In this document: one piece after another, positions 1 through 9,391 of the stretch | How the letters are laid out: every line of letters begins with the position of its first letter | Position numbering within the stretch: the stretch's first letter is position 1 | Source of the DNA: Candidatus Nanoarchaeia archaeon | Lineage (GTDB): Archaea > Nanobdellota > Nanobdellia > Woesearchaeales > JAQUVJ01 | Direction: 5' to 3' | Assembly: GCA_028693395.1 (NCBI GenBank) | Contig: JAQUVJ010000002.1 | Span: forward strand, 1 to 63,753 | Length of the DNA stretch: 63,753 bases | Notes under the pieces: model-generated | Seen by the model: the letters and a program-made list of their open reading frames with translations, nothing else | Databases searched by the model: none | What the model was told of the DNA's origin: nothing | Made by a program: the position numbers and the translations under genes

Positions 1-50
1 CCATTTTTATCCATATCAATAAATTCAATAATATGCAAAGTAGTTTTCAT
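1..50 (-). CDS. hypothetical protein, N-terminal fragment (continues past left edge)
   Basis: ATG at 50 (MKTTLHIIEFIDMDKN...) overlaps stop of upstream ORF as ATGA; open to window edge. Confidence 0.4.
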   Translation of the reverse strand, partial: MKTTLHIIEFIDMDKN

Positions 51-217
51 TTTGAATCCTTTTTATTAATAAAATCTTTTCCACAAACTGTACAGTGAGC
101 AATTTTATTATTAATAATAACATTATACTCATTAAACAGTCTGTTACCATCACCATATATCTTATCTTGACCTTCATGTTTGCAACTACACTTAGCAACA
201 AAACTATTCTGTGTCAT
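47..217 (-). CDS. small Cys-rich (CxC...CxxC) protein, 56 aa
   Basis: GAGGAG RBS upstream of ATG 217; below ORF-track size cutoff; translationally coupled to next ORF. Confidence 0.5.
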   Translation of the reverse strand: MTQNSFVAKCSCKHEGQDKIYGDGNRLFNEYNVIINNKIAHCTVCGKDFINKKDSK

Positions 218-303
218 AAAGCATCATCTCCTCATCTATCTTAATTAGATACTTATTATATCATAGAACCATAGATAAAGCAATACCTTTTAAAATTCCA
301 ATA

Positions 304-341
304 CAAAAAAAATCTTATGGATTGATCCATAAGATTTTTAG
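304..341. terminator. bidirectional intrinsic terminator
   Basis: 11-bp stem AATCTTATGGA/TCCATAAGATT (311-321/326-336) flanked by A-run and T-run. Confidence 0.7.
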
Positions 342-357
342 CTATCTTTTAATAATA

Positions 358-543
358 TTATTTCTTCATTACATCCAGTCCTTTAACAATATTATCATCT
401 TCCATATAAAAAATATCATGATTATTAATAGACGTAATTCTATTTACATTTGATAAAATTTGGCCCAATCTTTCGTCTGGTCTACTTTCCCAAAAAACTT
501 TAAGTGCTTCTAAAATTACTGGTATTCTATTAGGATCTCTCAT
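358..543 (-). CDS. small helical protein, DUF1040/YihD-like
   Basis: 61-aa ORF; RIPVILEALKVFWESRPDERLGQIL resembles YihD-type proteins (from memory); terminator follows. Confidence 0.5.
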   Translation of the reverse strand: MRDPNRIPVILEALKVFWESRPDERLGQILSNVNRITSINNHDIFYMEDDNIVKGLDVMKK

Positions 544-559
544 TTATAAAATCACCCTT

Positions 560-853
560 TTAATTTAAATTAAAATATTCATTAAATTCTTTCGGTGTAT
601 AAACTTTAAATTCCATTAAATTCGAATCGGGATCAACAAATGCAATATAACATTCTCGATTTTCAATACAAAAATAACTTCTTCCACTAAAAAAAGTATA
701 TACATTCTTTTCAGATGATTCAAACTCAAAATCTTCATAAGAATGGTACGAAATAAATTCTCTAATATCATTAACCATTTTCTTAACATTCTTAACATAT
801 AAATAAAAGATTTTTCTAGGTTTTGTAGATCCAACACTGCCACAATTTGTCAA
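560..853 (-). CDS. hypothetical protein
   Basis: 97-aa ORF with TTG start in track; start uncertain (internal ATG at 778). Confidence 0.5.
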   Translation of the reverse strand: MTNCGSVGSTKPRKIFYLYVKNVKKMVNDIREFISYHSYEDFEFESSEKNVYTFFSGRSYFCIENRECYIAFVDPDSNLMEFKVYTPKEFNEYFNLN

Positions 854-895
854 TCTAAAACCACACTTTCATTTAAAATTAGATCCAATTAAAAA

Positions 896-1234
896 TTATA
901 ATTCTTTTTCAATAAGAGATATTAATTTTTTTAAATCATTTATAACTGCGCTTTTATTTCCCCCAATCGAAATGTAACCTTTATATTGATCGGAAATAAG
1001 ACTTAATTGGATAAATAATGCATCTTCCAAATCACTAATTTCAATTATAGATTTTTTCTTAATTTCAGAATATTTCACTGTACCATTATTTTGATTTTTA
1101 GCTTTTTTTAAAATAAGATAAATAGTAGTCAAATTAATATATTTTGATGAAGAATAAATTTCACCTTTTAATTTTTCTTCAATTTCTTTCAATATAGATT
1201 TAAGATTACCGACATCATCATAGCTAGCAACCAT
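896..1234 (-). CDS. hypothetical protein
   Basis: 112-aa ORF, co-oriented tight packing. Confidence 0.6.
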   Translation of the reverse strand: MVASYDDVGNLKSILKEIEEKLKGEIYSSSKYINLTTIYLILKKAKNQNNGTVKYSEIKKKSIIEISDLEDALFIQLSLISDQYKGYISIGGNKSAVINDLKKLISLIEKEL

Positions 1235-1263
1235 ATTATATCACACCTATCTACATATGTCAA

Positions 1264-1719
1264 TCAACTAATCAAATAATAATTAACAATCCCATCTTTT
1301 TGAATTTCTTTACATAGATTAAATTTTAAACACCCATGAACAATATAATAAAGCCAATTTAAAAAAGACATATTACTCTTTTCAAAATACATGCTTTCAA
1401 CTAATTCAACAACACCATCATCTTGATACGGCTCTATCACTAAAGAATTATCAATGGATTTTAAATATTCCGCATCTTGTTTACTCAAAATAGCACTATC
1501 ATGTTGAAATTCAATATTTCTTATAAATATATTTTTAATAAGAGAAAATAATCTAAAAATGGCATTAAAAGGTTTCGGATCTATGTATGTATGATGGCAA
1601 TGAAATAAAGGATAAAATATATACATATTACCAGTATCAATTTCTTCTTTTACTATTATATGATATGACGGATCTTCACAATAACACTCAATTATTTTCA
1701 TATTATATTGACTATTCAT
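1264..1719 (-). CDS. hypothetical protein
   Basis: AAGAAGGAA RBS 7 nt before ATG 1719; track start 1737 is an upstream TTG. Confidence 0.6.
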   Translation of the reverse strand: MNSQYNMKIIECYCEDPSYHIIVKEEIDTGNMYIFYPLFHCHHTYIDPKPFNAIFRLFSLIKNIFIRNIEFQHDSAILSKQDAEYLKSIDNSLVIEPYQDDGVVELVESMYFEKSNMSFLNWLYYIVHGCLKFNLCKEIQKDGIVNYYLIS

Positions 1720-1871
1720 AAAAATTCCTTCTTTCAATTATTCTTATTCAATTATTTAACTTTTTTATAATTCATAATTTAAAATAGTTATTTATCATGA
1801 CTAATAGTAACAAATTAAAACTATTCTTGAATAATAAGAATAGCTTTATAAAAAAATAAATTTATAAACCA

Positions 1872-2303
1872 TTAATATTTGTATTTATCAATTAAAGAAC
1901 ATGCAGTACGCATCATAACAAACACATCTTCTGAAATTGGTATTGCACCATTACGAAAAGAACTATCAAGAAAATTATAAAGAGCTTCTAAAGATATAAA
2001 TAATTCATTTTTTTCCAATTCATTTTTTTCAATCAAAAACTGAATTTTAGCATCAAGATCCTCTGTATTTATTTCCTTTTCATCGGCATCATTCCATAAA
2101 GTCATTAAACGATAAGCATTGGATATATCCTCATCATCAATTAAATTCTTATTAATTCTATGATCGATGCGAGCTATAACCATTGGCTTATCATCTTTTA
2201 AAGCGCAAAGCTCTATGCATTCGATACCTTCACTTCTAAGATCATTCAAAACTATTTGACTTTTAGTATAACTTGACATGCCATTTATATTTTTCTTATC
2301 CAT
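1872..2303 (-). CDS. hypothetical protein
   Basis: AGAGGTG RBS 7 nt before ATG 2303 (track start 2309 is GTG). Confidence 0.6.
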   Translation of the reverse strand: MDKKNINGMSSYTKSQIVLNDLRSEGIECIELCALKDDKPMVIARIDHRINKNLIDDEDISNAYRLMTLWNDADEKEINTEDLDAKIQFLIEKNELEKNELFISLEALYNFLDSSFRNGAIPISEDVFVMMRTACSLIDKYKY

Positions 2304-2420
2304 TTTCACGCACCTCTTAATTATCTTTTATTCAACAATCTATTATAACACAAGAACAACCAAAAATCAAGGTTGAAAATTAAATCCTTATTAGTTTAAT
2401 TAAAATAATAACAAATTATA

Positions 2421-2453
2421 AAAAACTAGGGGTTTAAACCCCTAGTTTTTTTT
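2421..2453. terminator. bidirectional intrinsic terminator
   Basis: Perfect palindrome CTAGGGGTTTAAACCCCTAG (2426-2445) between A5 and T8; contains the TAG stop of 2442..4805. Confidence 0.75.
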
Positions 2454-4805
2454 GTCCAATAATCTTTCTATCTCCCTTATCCCATACAAAAGATTCTTAA
2501 AAAAGTTTCCATATTTTTTTCCATATTCTGACATAAGTGTTCCTTTTCCTTTTAATTCACCATGTCCTTTTTCTATTTTATTTGCTTTTTCTTCGAATTT
2601 AGATTTAATTCGTTCTAATCTATTATAAAAATCTGAAATAATATTTTTATACTGTTTTAGATGATATAAATAAGATTTTATATAAAATTTTATATCACTA
2701 TTTGTAAAATTATCAACATCTATATCTAAATATTCTCTTTCGCATTCATCCAACTCTGCTAATAAATTCTTATTTATTTTATGTAAATTATTTTTAATCA
2801 TATCGCTATGTTCTATACAAAAATTAACTATTTGAAGTTTTGAAGAATCATATCCATTTAAAAATTCCAAACCGTTGTTTATTGTATATGTTAAATTCGG
2901 AAATATTGAAGTTTCAAAATCTTTAAAAATAAGTTCTTCATTATCATTTACAATTTCTACTAATTGATTATAACTCTGATTCTGATTACTAAGATTTAAA
3001 GAACTAATATATTCATACATTACAACTAGATCTTTAAAATGTATATTAGAATTTTCTATTATATTTCTACCATGTTTAGACATTAATATATTAAATTTTA
3101 AATAATTACCATCTTCAGGTTTAAATCGCATAGCACTAATTAATTCTTCTAAATCATTACAAGAATTTTCAAACATTTCATCTCTAATGGATTTATCTTC
3201 AAATTCTAATACATTTAAAAATTTAATAGAATCCATAAATGATACAGTCTTGTATAAATCATTAAAAAATTTATGAGATGTTATTTCAAAAGGAATTTTA
3301 TATACTAATGAATGCTTAATTAAATTACTATTATGAATTAAAAAATTCATAAATTTAATTATATCTAAACTGGATGTAATATTATTGATAACAAAATTAT
3401 TAATATATCTTATATCTCTATATTTACTATTTTTAAAAACATTTATAAATATTTTTAAATAATCAAAATAATCTGGAATTTTATGACTATTCATAAAATT
3501 TTCAATTCTTTTATCATTATCAATAATATCATCTATACATTCTATATATTCATTGTTATAACCAACATATCTATTATATTCTTTAATTAAAGAAGCTATA
3601 TTTTTTCTATTTTCTATTAGCTCATAAATTCGATTTAAGCTTTTTTTATTCTCCGTTTCATCAATAAAAATGAATAATATTTCAAAATTTTCGGTTTTAT
3701 TGATAATTTTTTCCATAAAATCTTCGTGAAGTTTTAATATTTCAATAACATCTGGATCATTTACAATTAAATTTTCAATCTCAAATAATGATAATTTTTT
3801 TAAATTTTTAATATCATAAACACTCATATAATGTTTAGTGCTATCAGGATATAATTGAAATTTATCAAACATTTTTTTACGTTCATATCTACCTTGTAAT
3901 GATTTATCTTCTTGACGTTTAAGCCAATTATCAAAAGATTCATTAAATACATTTAATATATATTCCAAACAAGATCCATCCGAATAAACTCTTTTTTCAT
4001 TCACATATATAATATCTTTAAATTCATTTTGTTCTTTATTAGAATATAATACAAAAGGTTTAGCTAATAGTCTAGCATGAGGTTTAGGATTTTTTAAATC
4101 TTCCCCACCATCTTCAATCAAATATGCTATAATTGAACCACCAACTATATCACCTTTAAGAGAAGTATAATATGCACCGCCTTGCATATTTTCAGGATTA
4201 TAACCAGGTAATGACATACATGATACCCAACGTTGCCCGGAAGATGCCGCCAAAACATCAGCAGGGTGACAACTAATACATATTCTAAATTTTTTTTCAA
4301 ATATTTGAGAACTTGGCCTTGAACTAAAAACTTTAATAATTTCAGAATCTATATTAAGAGATTTATTATTCAAAAACTTAGATATGCTCATTTTTTGTCC
4401 TTTTTCATTGCTAACAAAACCTTCTAAATACTCTTTTACATTTTTTAATTCATATATACCTAATTTAGCACTTTTTAATTGATCGTCTGTAAATTTTTGA
4501 TAATTTTTTAACATTTTTTGGTATTTATCATTTTCAAAATCTCGTATTATTGTAGAAATTTGATAAAAATTTCCTTCGAATTTATATGGTAAATTTCTTG
4601 GATGTTCTAAATTTTTAATATCATATTCTAGATCAAGATATATTCTTCTTTTATCACCAAATAAAGACTTTAATCTTTCTTTAACTAAACTGGATCTTAA
4701 TTTAGTTAAACGAAGCATTTCTAAAGTTTTATCTTTAGTACCTTGAGCTTTCTCTTTTTCCCAATCTATCGCTGCTAATATCGCATCTAATTCTTTCACG
4801 TACAT
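2442..4805 (-). CDS. large hypothetical protein (787 aa)
   Basis: Longest ORF; GGTGG RBS; central block CISCHPADVLAASSGQRWVSCMS...GGAYYTSLKGDIVGGS, Asn/Ile-rich helical C-terminal half; no family recognised. Confidence 0.75.
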   Translation of the reverse strand: MYVKELDAILAAIDWEKEKAQGTKDKTLEMLRLTKLRSSLVKERLKSLFGDKRRIYLDLEYDIKNLEHPRNLPYKFEGNFYQISTIIRDFENDKYQKMLKNYQKFTDDQLKSAKLGIYELKNVKEYLEGFVSNEKGQKMSISKFLNNKSLNIDSEIIKVFSSRPSSQIFEKKFRICISCHPADVLAASSGQRWVSCMSLPGYNPENMQGGAYYTSLKGDIVGGSIIAYLIEDGGEDLKNPKPHARLLAKPFVLYSNKEQNEFKDIIYVNEKRVYSDGSCLEYILNVFNESFDNWLKRQEDKSLQGRYERKKMFDKFQLYPDSTKHYMSVYDIKNLKKLSLFEIENLIVNDPDVIEILKLHEDFMEKIINKTENFEILFIFIDETENKKSLNRIYELIENRKNIASLIKEYNRYVGYNNEYIECIDDIIDNDKRIENFMNSHKIPDYFDYLKIFINVFKNSKYRDIRYINNFVINNITSSLDIIKFMNFLIHNSNLIKHSLVYKIPFEITSHKFFNDLYKTVSFMDSIKFLNVLEFEDKSIRDEMFENSCNDLEELISAMRFKPEDGNYLKFNILMSKHGRNIIENSNIHFKDLVVMYEYISSLNLSNQNQSYNQLVEIVNDNEELIFKDFETSIFPNLTYTINNGLEFLNGYDSSKLQIVNFCIEHSDMIKNNLHKINKNLLAELDECEREYLDIDVDNFTNSDIKFYIKSYLYHLKQYKNIISDFYNRLERIKSKFEEKANKIEKGHGELKGKGTLMSEYGKKYGNFFKNLLYGIREIERLLDKKN

Positions 4806-4862
4806 TAATAAAAACCACCTTTAAAAACAGTTCTTTTAATTAATTTTCAAATTTGTATTAAA

Positions 4863-4906
4863 TAAAAAAACAGTCTTAAGAATGTTTTAAATTCAAAAGA
4901 CTGTTT
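4863..4906 (-). terminator. terminator-like hairpin in leader of 2442..4805
   Basis: Minus strand AACAGTCTT-19 nt-AAGACTGTT followed by T7. Confidence 0.55.
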
Positions 4907-4924
4907 ATATTAGCCATGATATTT

Positions 4925-5100
4925 ATAAAAACTTAGCCGAAAACCACTAGGTCTTTAGCCTAGTGGATGAAGGCTTATCCTACTGTCATAACCTTGGTTT
5001 TAAATATATTTTCCAATGATATTTTTTGACACATTACAGATGAAAGTGCAAGAAAGCTCCTCACTTTAGCGGGAGTAGTTCACCTACTCATAATATAACC
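4925..5100 (-). ncRNA. candidate structured leader RNA or sRNA
   Basis: ORF-free, locally G+C-enriched; hairpins GAGTAG/CTACTC (5073-5089), AAAGTG/CACTTT (5043-5067), CCACTAGG/CCTAGTGG (4944-4966) plus TTTT. Confidence 0.3.
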
Positions 5101-5115
5101 ATAAGCTTTCTATAA

Positions 5116-5340
5116 TTAATCAATAACAATTTTCAGAATATTGCTATCATTTTTCATATCACTAATAACATTATTTCTTATTTCTTTAAACTTGTCACTT
5201 ATAGTTTTAATTTTATTCACCAATTCTTTAAACTCTTCTTCTTTCAATACTTTATCATGAAAAGAATTATAACTAATTGTTCCTTCCAAATTATTTTGAA
5301 ATCCTACTATTCTTTTATTATCACCAATAGAATATATCAT
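5116..5340 (-). CDS. hypothetical protein
   Basis: 74-aa ORF. Confidence 0.55.
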   Translation of the reverse strand: MIYSIGDNKRIVGFQNNLEGTISYNSFHDKVLKEEEFKELVNKIKTISDKFKEIRNNVISDMKNDSNILKIVID

Positions 5341-5494
5341 ATCTTTATTTTTTTCATATCTTCTTAAAATTTCATCACTGTAATATATTTATTTTTTTCC
5401 GGTTTTGTTATTACTACATCACAGATACTACATACAGGAACATTTTCACATTCTATATTACTATCCGGAAATATTTTTTGAACGCATACAGTTT

Positions 5495-5764
5495 TCAAAA
5501 CATCACGTCCTTTACAGAAAGTGGTTTTACATCAACCAGTGAATCTTCAATTTCTTGTTGAACATCAATACAATATACATTCGCACATAATATAAGCCCA
5601 TGGACTTTATGATCTTCTACAACATACGCAATTGACTGAACAATATACGTTTTTGAATTAATATACACAATTTCACTCACTCTAGGGACAAATGTACAAT
5701 TCAGTAATGGCTCAATAATCCTCTCATTTTTCAATGTAATAAATTGAATAACAGACGTATTCAT
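5495..5764 (-). CDS. hypothetical protein
   Basis: 89-aa ORF, 4-nt overlap with upstream gene. Confidence 0.6.
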   Translation of the reverse strand: MNTSVIQFITLKNERIIEPLLNCTFVPRVSEIVYINSKTYIVQSIAYVVEDHKVHGLILCANVYCIDVQQEIEDSLVDVKPLSVKDVMF

Positions 5765-6012
5765 TCTTCTATCTCCTTTGCTTTTCGATGTAAAAATTCT
5801 TTTGTGATAGGAATATATATTGGAATACTAATAACTTGTCCAACATATATTCCATTTTTACTGATTTTATTATTCATCATAATATCATAAACAATTTTTC
5901 CAACATCTATAACATTTCCCATGTCTTTAAGGGTTATGTTATTAACAATATCCCATAATGTATCCCCCACACGTACTTTATAATCTTCAAATTTAATAAC
6001 CCAATCAAACAT
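5761..6012 (-). CDS. LysM-domain protein
   Basis: YKVRVGDTLWDIVNN...GIYVGQVISIPI matches the LysM pattern (Y.V..GDTLw.I...l..G..l.iP). Confidence 0.6.
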   Translation of the reverse strand: MFDWVIKFEDYKVRVGDTLWDIVNNITLKDMGNVIDVGKIVYDIMMNNKISKNGIYVGQVISIPIYIPITKEFLHRKAKEIEE

Positions 6013-6230
6013 TTCTTATATCTCCTTATTCCACAGGGTAACAATACGATAAGCGTTTTTTAAAGCTTCTTTATAACTATTTTTATCAAATATTGTATCT
6101 TCACCAACAAATACACAATTTACTTCCATAGAACAAATAATTTTATTATCATCTACAGTTCTTATAAATATTTCCCAACACCCATCTTCTTGAAAGTCTT
6201 ATCATCAATATATTATTGACTTCTTATATC

Positions 6231-6656
6231 TTAAAAGTTATATAACACCTTTTTATTTGCAGCATCTATACATTCTTTAATTCTTTCTCCATAATAACTT
6301 TGATTTTTTGGGTTAATATCTTTACCAAATAATTCACAATATGGAATATTTTTATTAAATGAAAAATGCCGACATTTATGAGAACAATATTTATCATTAT
6401 ATGACGAAGGTTCAATAAATTCTTCAAATAAAATAGATAATTCTTCATTTTCTTGTATTTCAATATTTTCTGTAGCTTTACAACATTTAAAATATCTTTC
6501 ACCACATCTATCTTCATCTAATGAAGATAATATTACACCAAAAAGTTTACAATAAGGATTCTTTTCACTATTCATATTCCAATATTTACAACGAATAGAA
6601 CAATATTTTTCATCCCAAGGTCTAATATATTTTATAATTAATATAGGAATATTCAT
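6231..6656 (-). CDS. Cys-rich protein with internal duplication
   Basis: Two copies of D.KYCS..C+.....N.PYC.LFG...C (zinc-binding-like). Confidence 0.6.
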   Translation of the reverse strand: MNIPILIIKYIRPWDEKYCSIRCKYWNMNSEKNPYCKLFGVILSSLDEDRCGERYFKCCKATENIEIQENEELSILFEEFIEPSSYNDKYCSHKCRHFSFNKNIPYCELFGKDINPKNQSYYGERIKECIDAANKKVLYNF

Positions 6657-6673
6657 TTTTATCTTCTTTCTAT

Positions 6674-6925
6674 TTAAAATGCATGATTTCTAAAACGATT
6701 GATTTGTACATCCATATCTTGCATAAGATCATATGATTCCATATATTTTTGCATAGCTTCTGGATTATTTCTTGCTGCTATAGCTCCTTTTCTAGTATCA
6801 TAAAATGCAGGATAATCTTCATAATCAAATGTATCGCACCAGATAATCATATATTTTTTACCTTCTTCAATTCCTCTCTTCGCCCATTCTTTAATATCTT
6901 CTCTTGTAGTAGACATATCAATCAT
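6674..6925 (-). CDS. hypothetical protein
   Basis: 83-aa ORF. Confidence 0.6.
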   Translation of the reverse strand: MIDMSTTREDIKEWAKRGIEEGKKYMIIWCDTFDYEDYPAFYDTRKGAIAARNNPEAMQKYMESYDLMQDMDVQINRFRNHAF

Positions 6926-6944
6926 TCATTTCAAAAAAAAAGTA

Positions 6945-7379
6945 TCACTCTTTTTCAAGAAGAGGGTTTAAACAATTCTTAAAACTTTCACTTTTTAAAA
7001 ATTCTAAATTATCACTGCTTAATGACATACTTACCATATGAAGTAGTGCTCTAAATTCCGACAATTTCTTTTCGGATCGACAAATAGCTTCATCATATCC
7101 AGCCATTATTGAATTAGCAAACCAACCTCTCATTGTATCCAGATTAACATTTGAATTAAATTTACAAAATTCTTCGGCCCATTTAGCAGCATCAATTTCT
7201 CTAATTTCATTAAAAATACGTGTTTTTCTATTTTCTTCTCTTAGTTCAGCTTCCCAACAATCTTGACATATTGTTCTATGAGTTTTTTTACTACTGAAAA
7301 AAGTCGTATATTCTTCAGTATAAAATTTTGAGCATGAACTACATTTTAAAATTGTTTTTACTTTCACCGATACAGACAT
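6945..7379 (-). CDS. hypothetical protein (N-terminal CxxC...CxxC)
   Basis: 144-aa ORF. Confidence 0.6.
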   Translation of the reverse strand: MSVSVKVKTILKCSSCSKFYTEEYTTFFSSKKTHRTICQDCWEAELREENRKTRIFNEIREIDAAKWAEEFCKFNSNVNLDTMRGWFANSIMAGYDEAICRSEKKLSEFRALLHMVSMSLSSDNLEFLKSESFKNCLNPLLEKE

Positions 7380-7399
7380 TTCTAATCCCTCAATTCAGT

Positions 7400-7741
7400 C
7401 TATTCCATACGATTTAAACGTGTTGCACTATTTATAATATATTTAGTGTTTTCCATTCCTTTTAAAATATCATATACAAATGACAAGACATGTTCTTCCA
7501 TTCTTTGATGAGTTACCGATATTAGAAAAGTAGTATAGTTATTACAAAAATCCTCCGAAACAATTTTAATAGTTCCACAATGACCATAAGGATCATAATC
7601 TTTATAAAAATCATAAAAGAAAGAATGTATATAATCTTTGTTCACTTCTTTATTGATCATTTCCAATATTTTATCAACATCATCATTATAGTTGTTACAA
7701 TGAATGTGAATATTCTTTGTTTCAGATATTGTTTTAATCAT
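7400..7741 (-). CDS. hypothetical protein
   Basis: 113-aa ORF. Confidence 0.6.
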   Translation of the reverse strand: MIKTISETKNIHIHCNNYNDDVDKILEMINKEVNKDYIHSFFYDFYKDYDPYGHCGTIKIVSEDFCNNYTTFLISVTHQRMEEHVLSFVYDILKGMENTKYIINSATRLNRME

Positions 7742-7742
7742 T

Positions 7743-8069
7743 TTACATTTTCTTAACCAATTCCCAGTCTATACTTTCATACCCAGCAATAACATCTTTC
7801 AATTTATGATGCTCTGTTATATAGAATGTTTTAGGTCGTCTATCCTCTTCATCCGTAAAATCATTAAATTCTCTTTCATTAAACGCCAGACCGCAAGCTG
7901 TAAAAAGACCATTATCAATAAGAACTAAAACAGCTTTTTTGTCTTTTCTAACTTCTTCCACAGCAATTTCTTTAGATACCTTTTCAGCATTAAGAGATAA
8001 CCATTCCTCTTTTATTATATTATTAGGATTGACATAATAGCCCATATTCAAATCCTCCATTTTTTTCAA
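7743..8069 (-). CDS. hypothetical protein
   Basis: 108-aa ORF abutting next gene. Confidence 0.6.
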   Translation of the reverse strand: MKKMEDLNMGYYVNPNNIIKEEWLSLNAEKVSKEIAVEEVRKDKKAVLVLIDNGLFTACGLAFNEREFNDFTDEEDRRPKTFYITEHHKLKDVIAGYESIDWELVKKM

Positions 8070-8269
8070 ATATTACTAATTATACACTACAATTCAATTC
8101 TTGTCAATAGAAATCATTCCACTTTTTCAAGAGTAATAATCATTCTATATTTTCCACAATTATCAAAACTTAATAACCCTAAAAATGATCTACAAAATTT
8201 TTCTATATCAATACCAGTACTTTCCAGTTTAAAAGTAAGTTTATCCCCTTTATCTGAAAATTCAACATT

Positions 8270-9391
8270 TTAATGATTAATAAGTGATTGACAAAATTTA
8301 TACATATAAGATAATCTATTATGATAATTACCTTTTACTATTTCCATTTTCGGATGAGCAGTAAAATCTCTAATATTGAAATTTTGATAATGTTCCAATA
8401 ATACTCCATCTAATTCATCCCGATAATCTTCATGTCTTCTTAGTCCATCACTCACCCATGGAACGCCCTCAAAAGAAAGGAAAAATCTATAATCATACAA
8501 ATCTTTATAATACGCATCATATATTGAATTAAAAAGATTCAATTCGGAGTCGGATATTTCATAAATATCATTTTCATTTTTATACAATCTATAATAGTAA
8601 TAAGTAACTACAATATCGGTATCAAAAAAACACAATCTATTGCAAGTTTTCAATGCATGGTCATTCGCTTCTATTTGCAATCTGATTATATTAAAATAAT
8701 CTTCATCGGTAATATATCTTTCATCATTTACATTTTGTTCTACATATATCCGACCCATTTCTTCGGCCCAAGATGTATGGAATATTTTAGCCAACATTTT
8801 TACCAGAGTAGTTTTTCCTGTTGATTCTGTACCAGTAATAAGAATCTTTTTTGCAAAGTGTTTTCTAGCTGACCCGCAAATATAGTCCCAATATTGCAAA
8901 GGATTTTTTCTTATTTGTGTAGCTGAAATAGGATATCTTGTCATAGAATAATCAAAATATTTAATATCGTACTCTGGAAAATAAGATTTATAAAATTCAA
9001 CATCATTCAATTCTCCAGTAAAAATAGTAAATTTAATATCCGTTGTATAAGGAGTACAATAATCATAAATAAAACTATTCAAGCATTTACTCCATTGAGG
9101 CCACCCAATGGGATATTCTGGCATATCATTAGGTTCCTTCATAATATGAATTTTTATATTATTAAAACCTTTTAATTCAGTTTTCAGCCAACGCAATCTT
9201 GTATCAGCGGAAATATATTTGATATTTGCTTCTTTACATAATCTCATATCTAACTGAATATTGTCGCAAATGATAATATTCAATTGATCACACTGAGAGT
9301 ATGCATTAAAAATATGAGTAAGATGTCCTCGATGTAAAGGAAAAAATTTTCCGACTAATATACCAACATGAAAATCATTATTGTTCATCAT
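8270..9391 (-). CDS. nadR: NadR-like bifunctional NMN adenylyltransferase / ribosylnicotinamide kinase (no HTH domain)
   Basis: GKFFPLHRGHL (HxGH), ISATQIRKNP (ISxxxxR), P-loop ITGTESTGKTTL with NadR-like context. Confidence 0.8.
   Translation of the reverse strand: MMNNNDFHVGILVGKFFPLHRGHLTHIFNAYSQCDQLNIIICDNIQLDMRLCKEANIKYISADTRLRWLKTELKGFNNIKIHIMKEPNDMPEYPIGWPQWSKCLNSFIYDYCTPYTTDIKFTIFTGELNDVEFYKSYFPEYDIKYFDYSMTRYPISATQIRKNPLQYWDYICGSARKHFAKKILITGTESTGKTTLVKMLAKIFHTSWAEEMGRIYVEQNVNDERYITDEDYFNIIRLQIEANDHALKTCNRLCFFDTDIVVTYYYYRLYKNENDIYEISDSELNLFNSIYDAYYKDLYDYRFFLSFEGVPWVSDGLRRHEDYRDELDGVLLEHYQNFNIRDFTAHPKMEIVKGNYHNRLSYMYKFCQSLINH

Noticed and set aside
616-843. Alternative-frame or antisense ORFs elsewhere: 616..843, 6266..6517, 6749..6982, 19430..19876, 23167..23584, 24219..24723, 27638..27844, 28769..28978, 29661..29903, 33784..34179, 39516..39790, 42939..43163, 47460..47663, 48986..49171, 50690..50911, 57229..57414, 59626..59865, 61309..61491, 62340..62579 and 62631..62924
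   Set aside because: Long stop-free shadow frames are expected in AT-rich DNA. Each lies inside a longer ORF that has motif support or tight operon packing.
5364-5498. A 44-codon Cys-rich ORF starting at a TTG that overlaps the stop of 5495..5764
   Set aside because: It has no SD and a weak start codon. It may be real as a CxxC mini-protein, but the evidence is too thin for a feature call.
6013-6230. A gap between genes holding a 19-codon ATG ORF and an overlapping ~70-codon frame that ends at the RBS of 5761..6012, suggesting a frameshifted gene
   Set aside because: The long frame has no usable start and there is no slippery site. It may be a pseudogene or a sequencing frameshift, but I cannot support a call from sequence alone.
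8114-8272. An in-frame 52-codon open frame immediately after the nadR-like TAA stop, suggesting readthrough or recoding
   Set aside because: TAA, TAG and TGA all terminate well-supported genes across the window. There is no slippery or readthrough context, and the extension has no recognisable domain. It is probably a remnant or chance.
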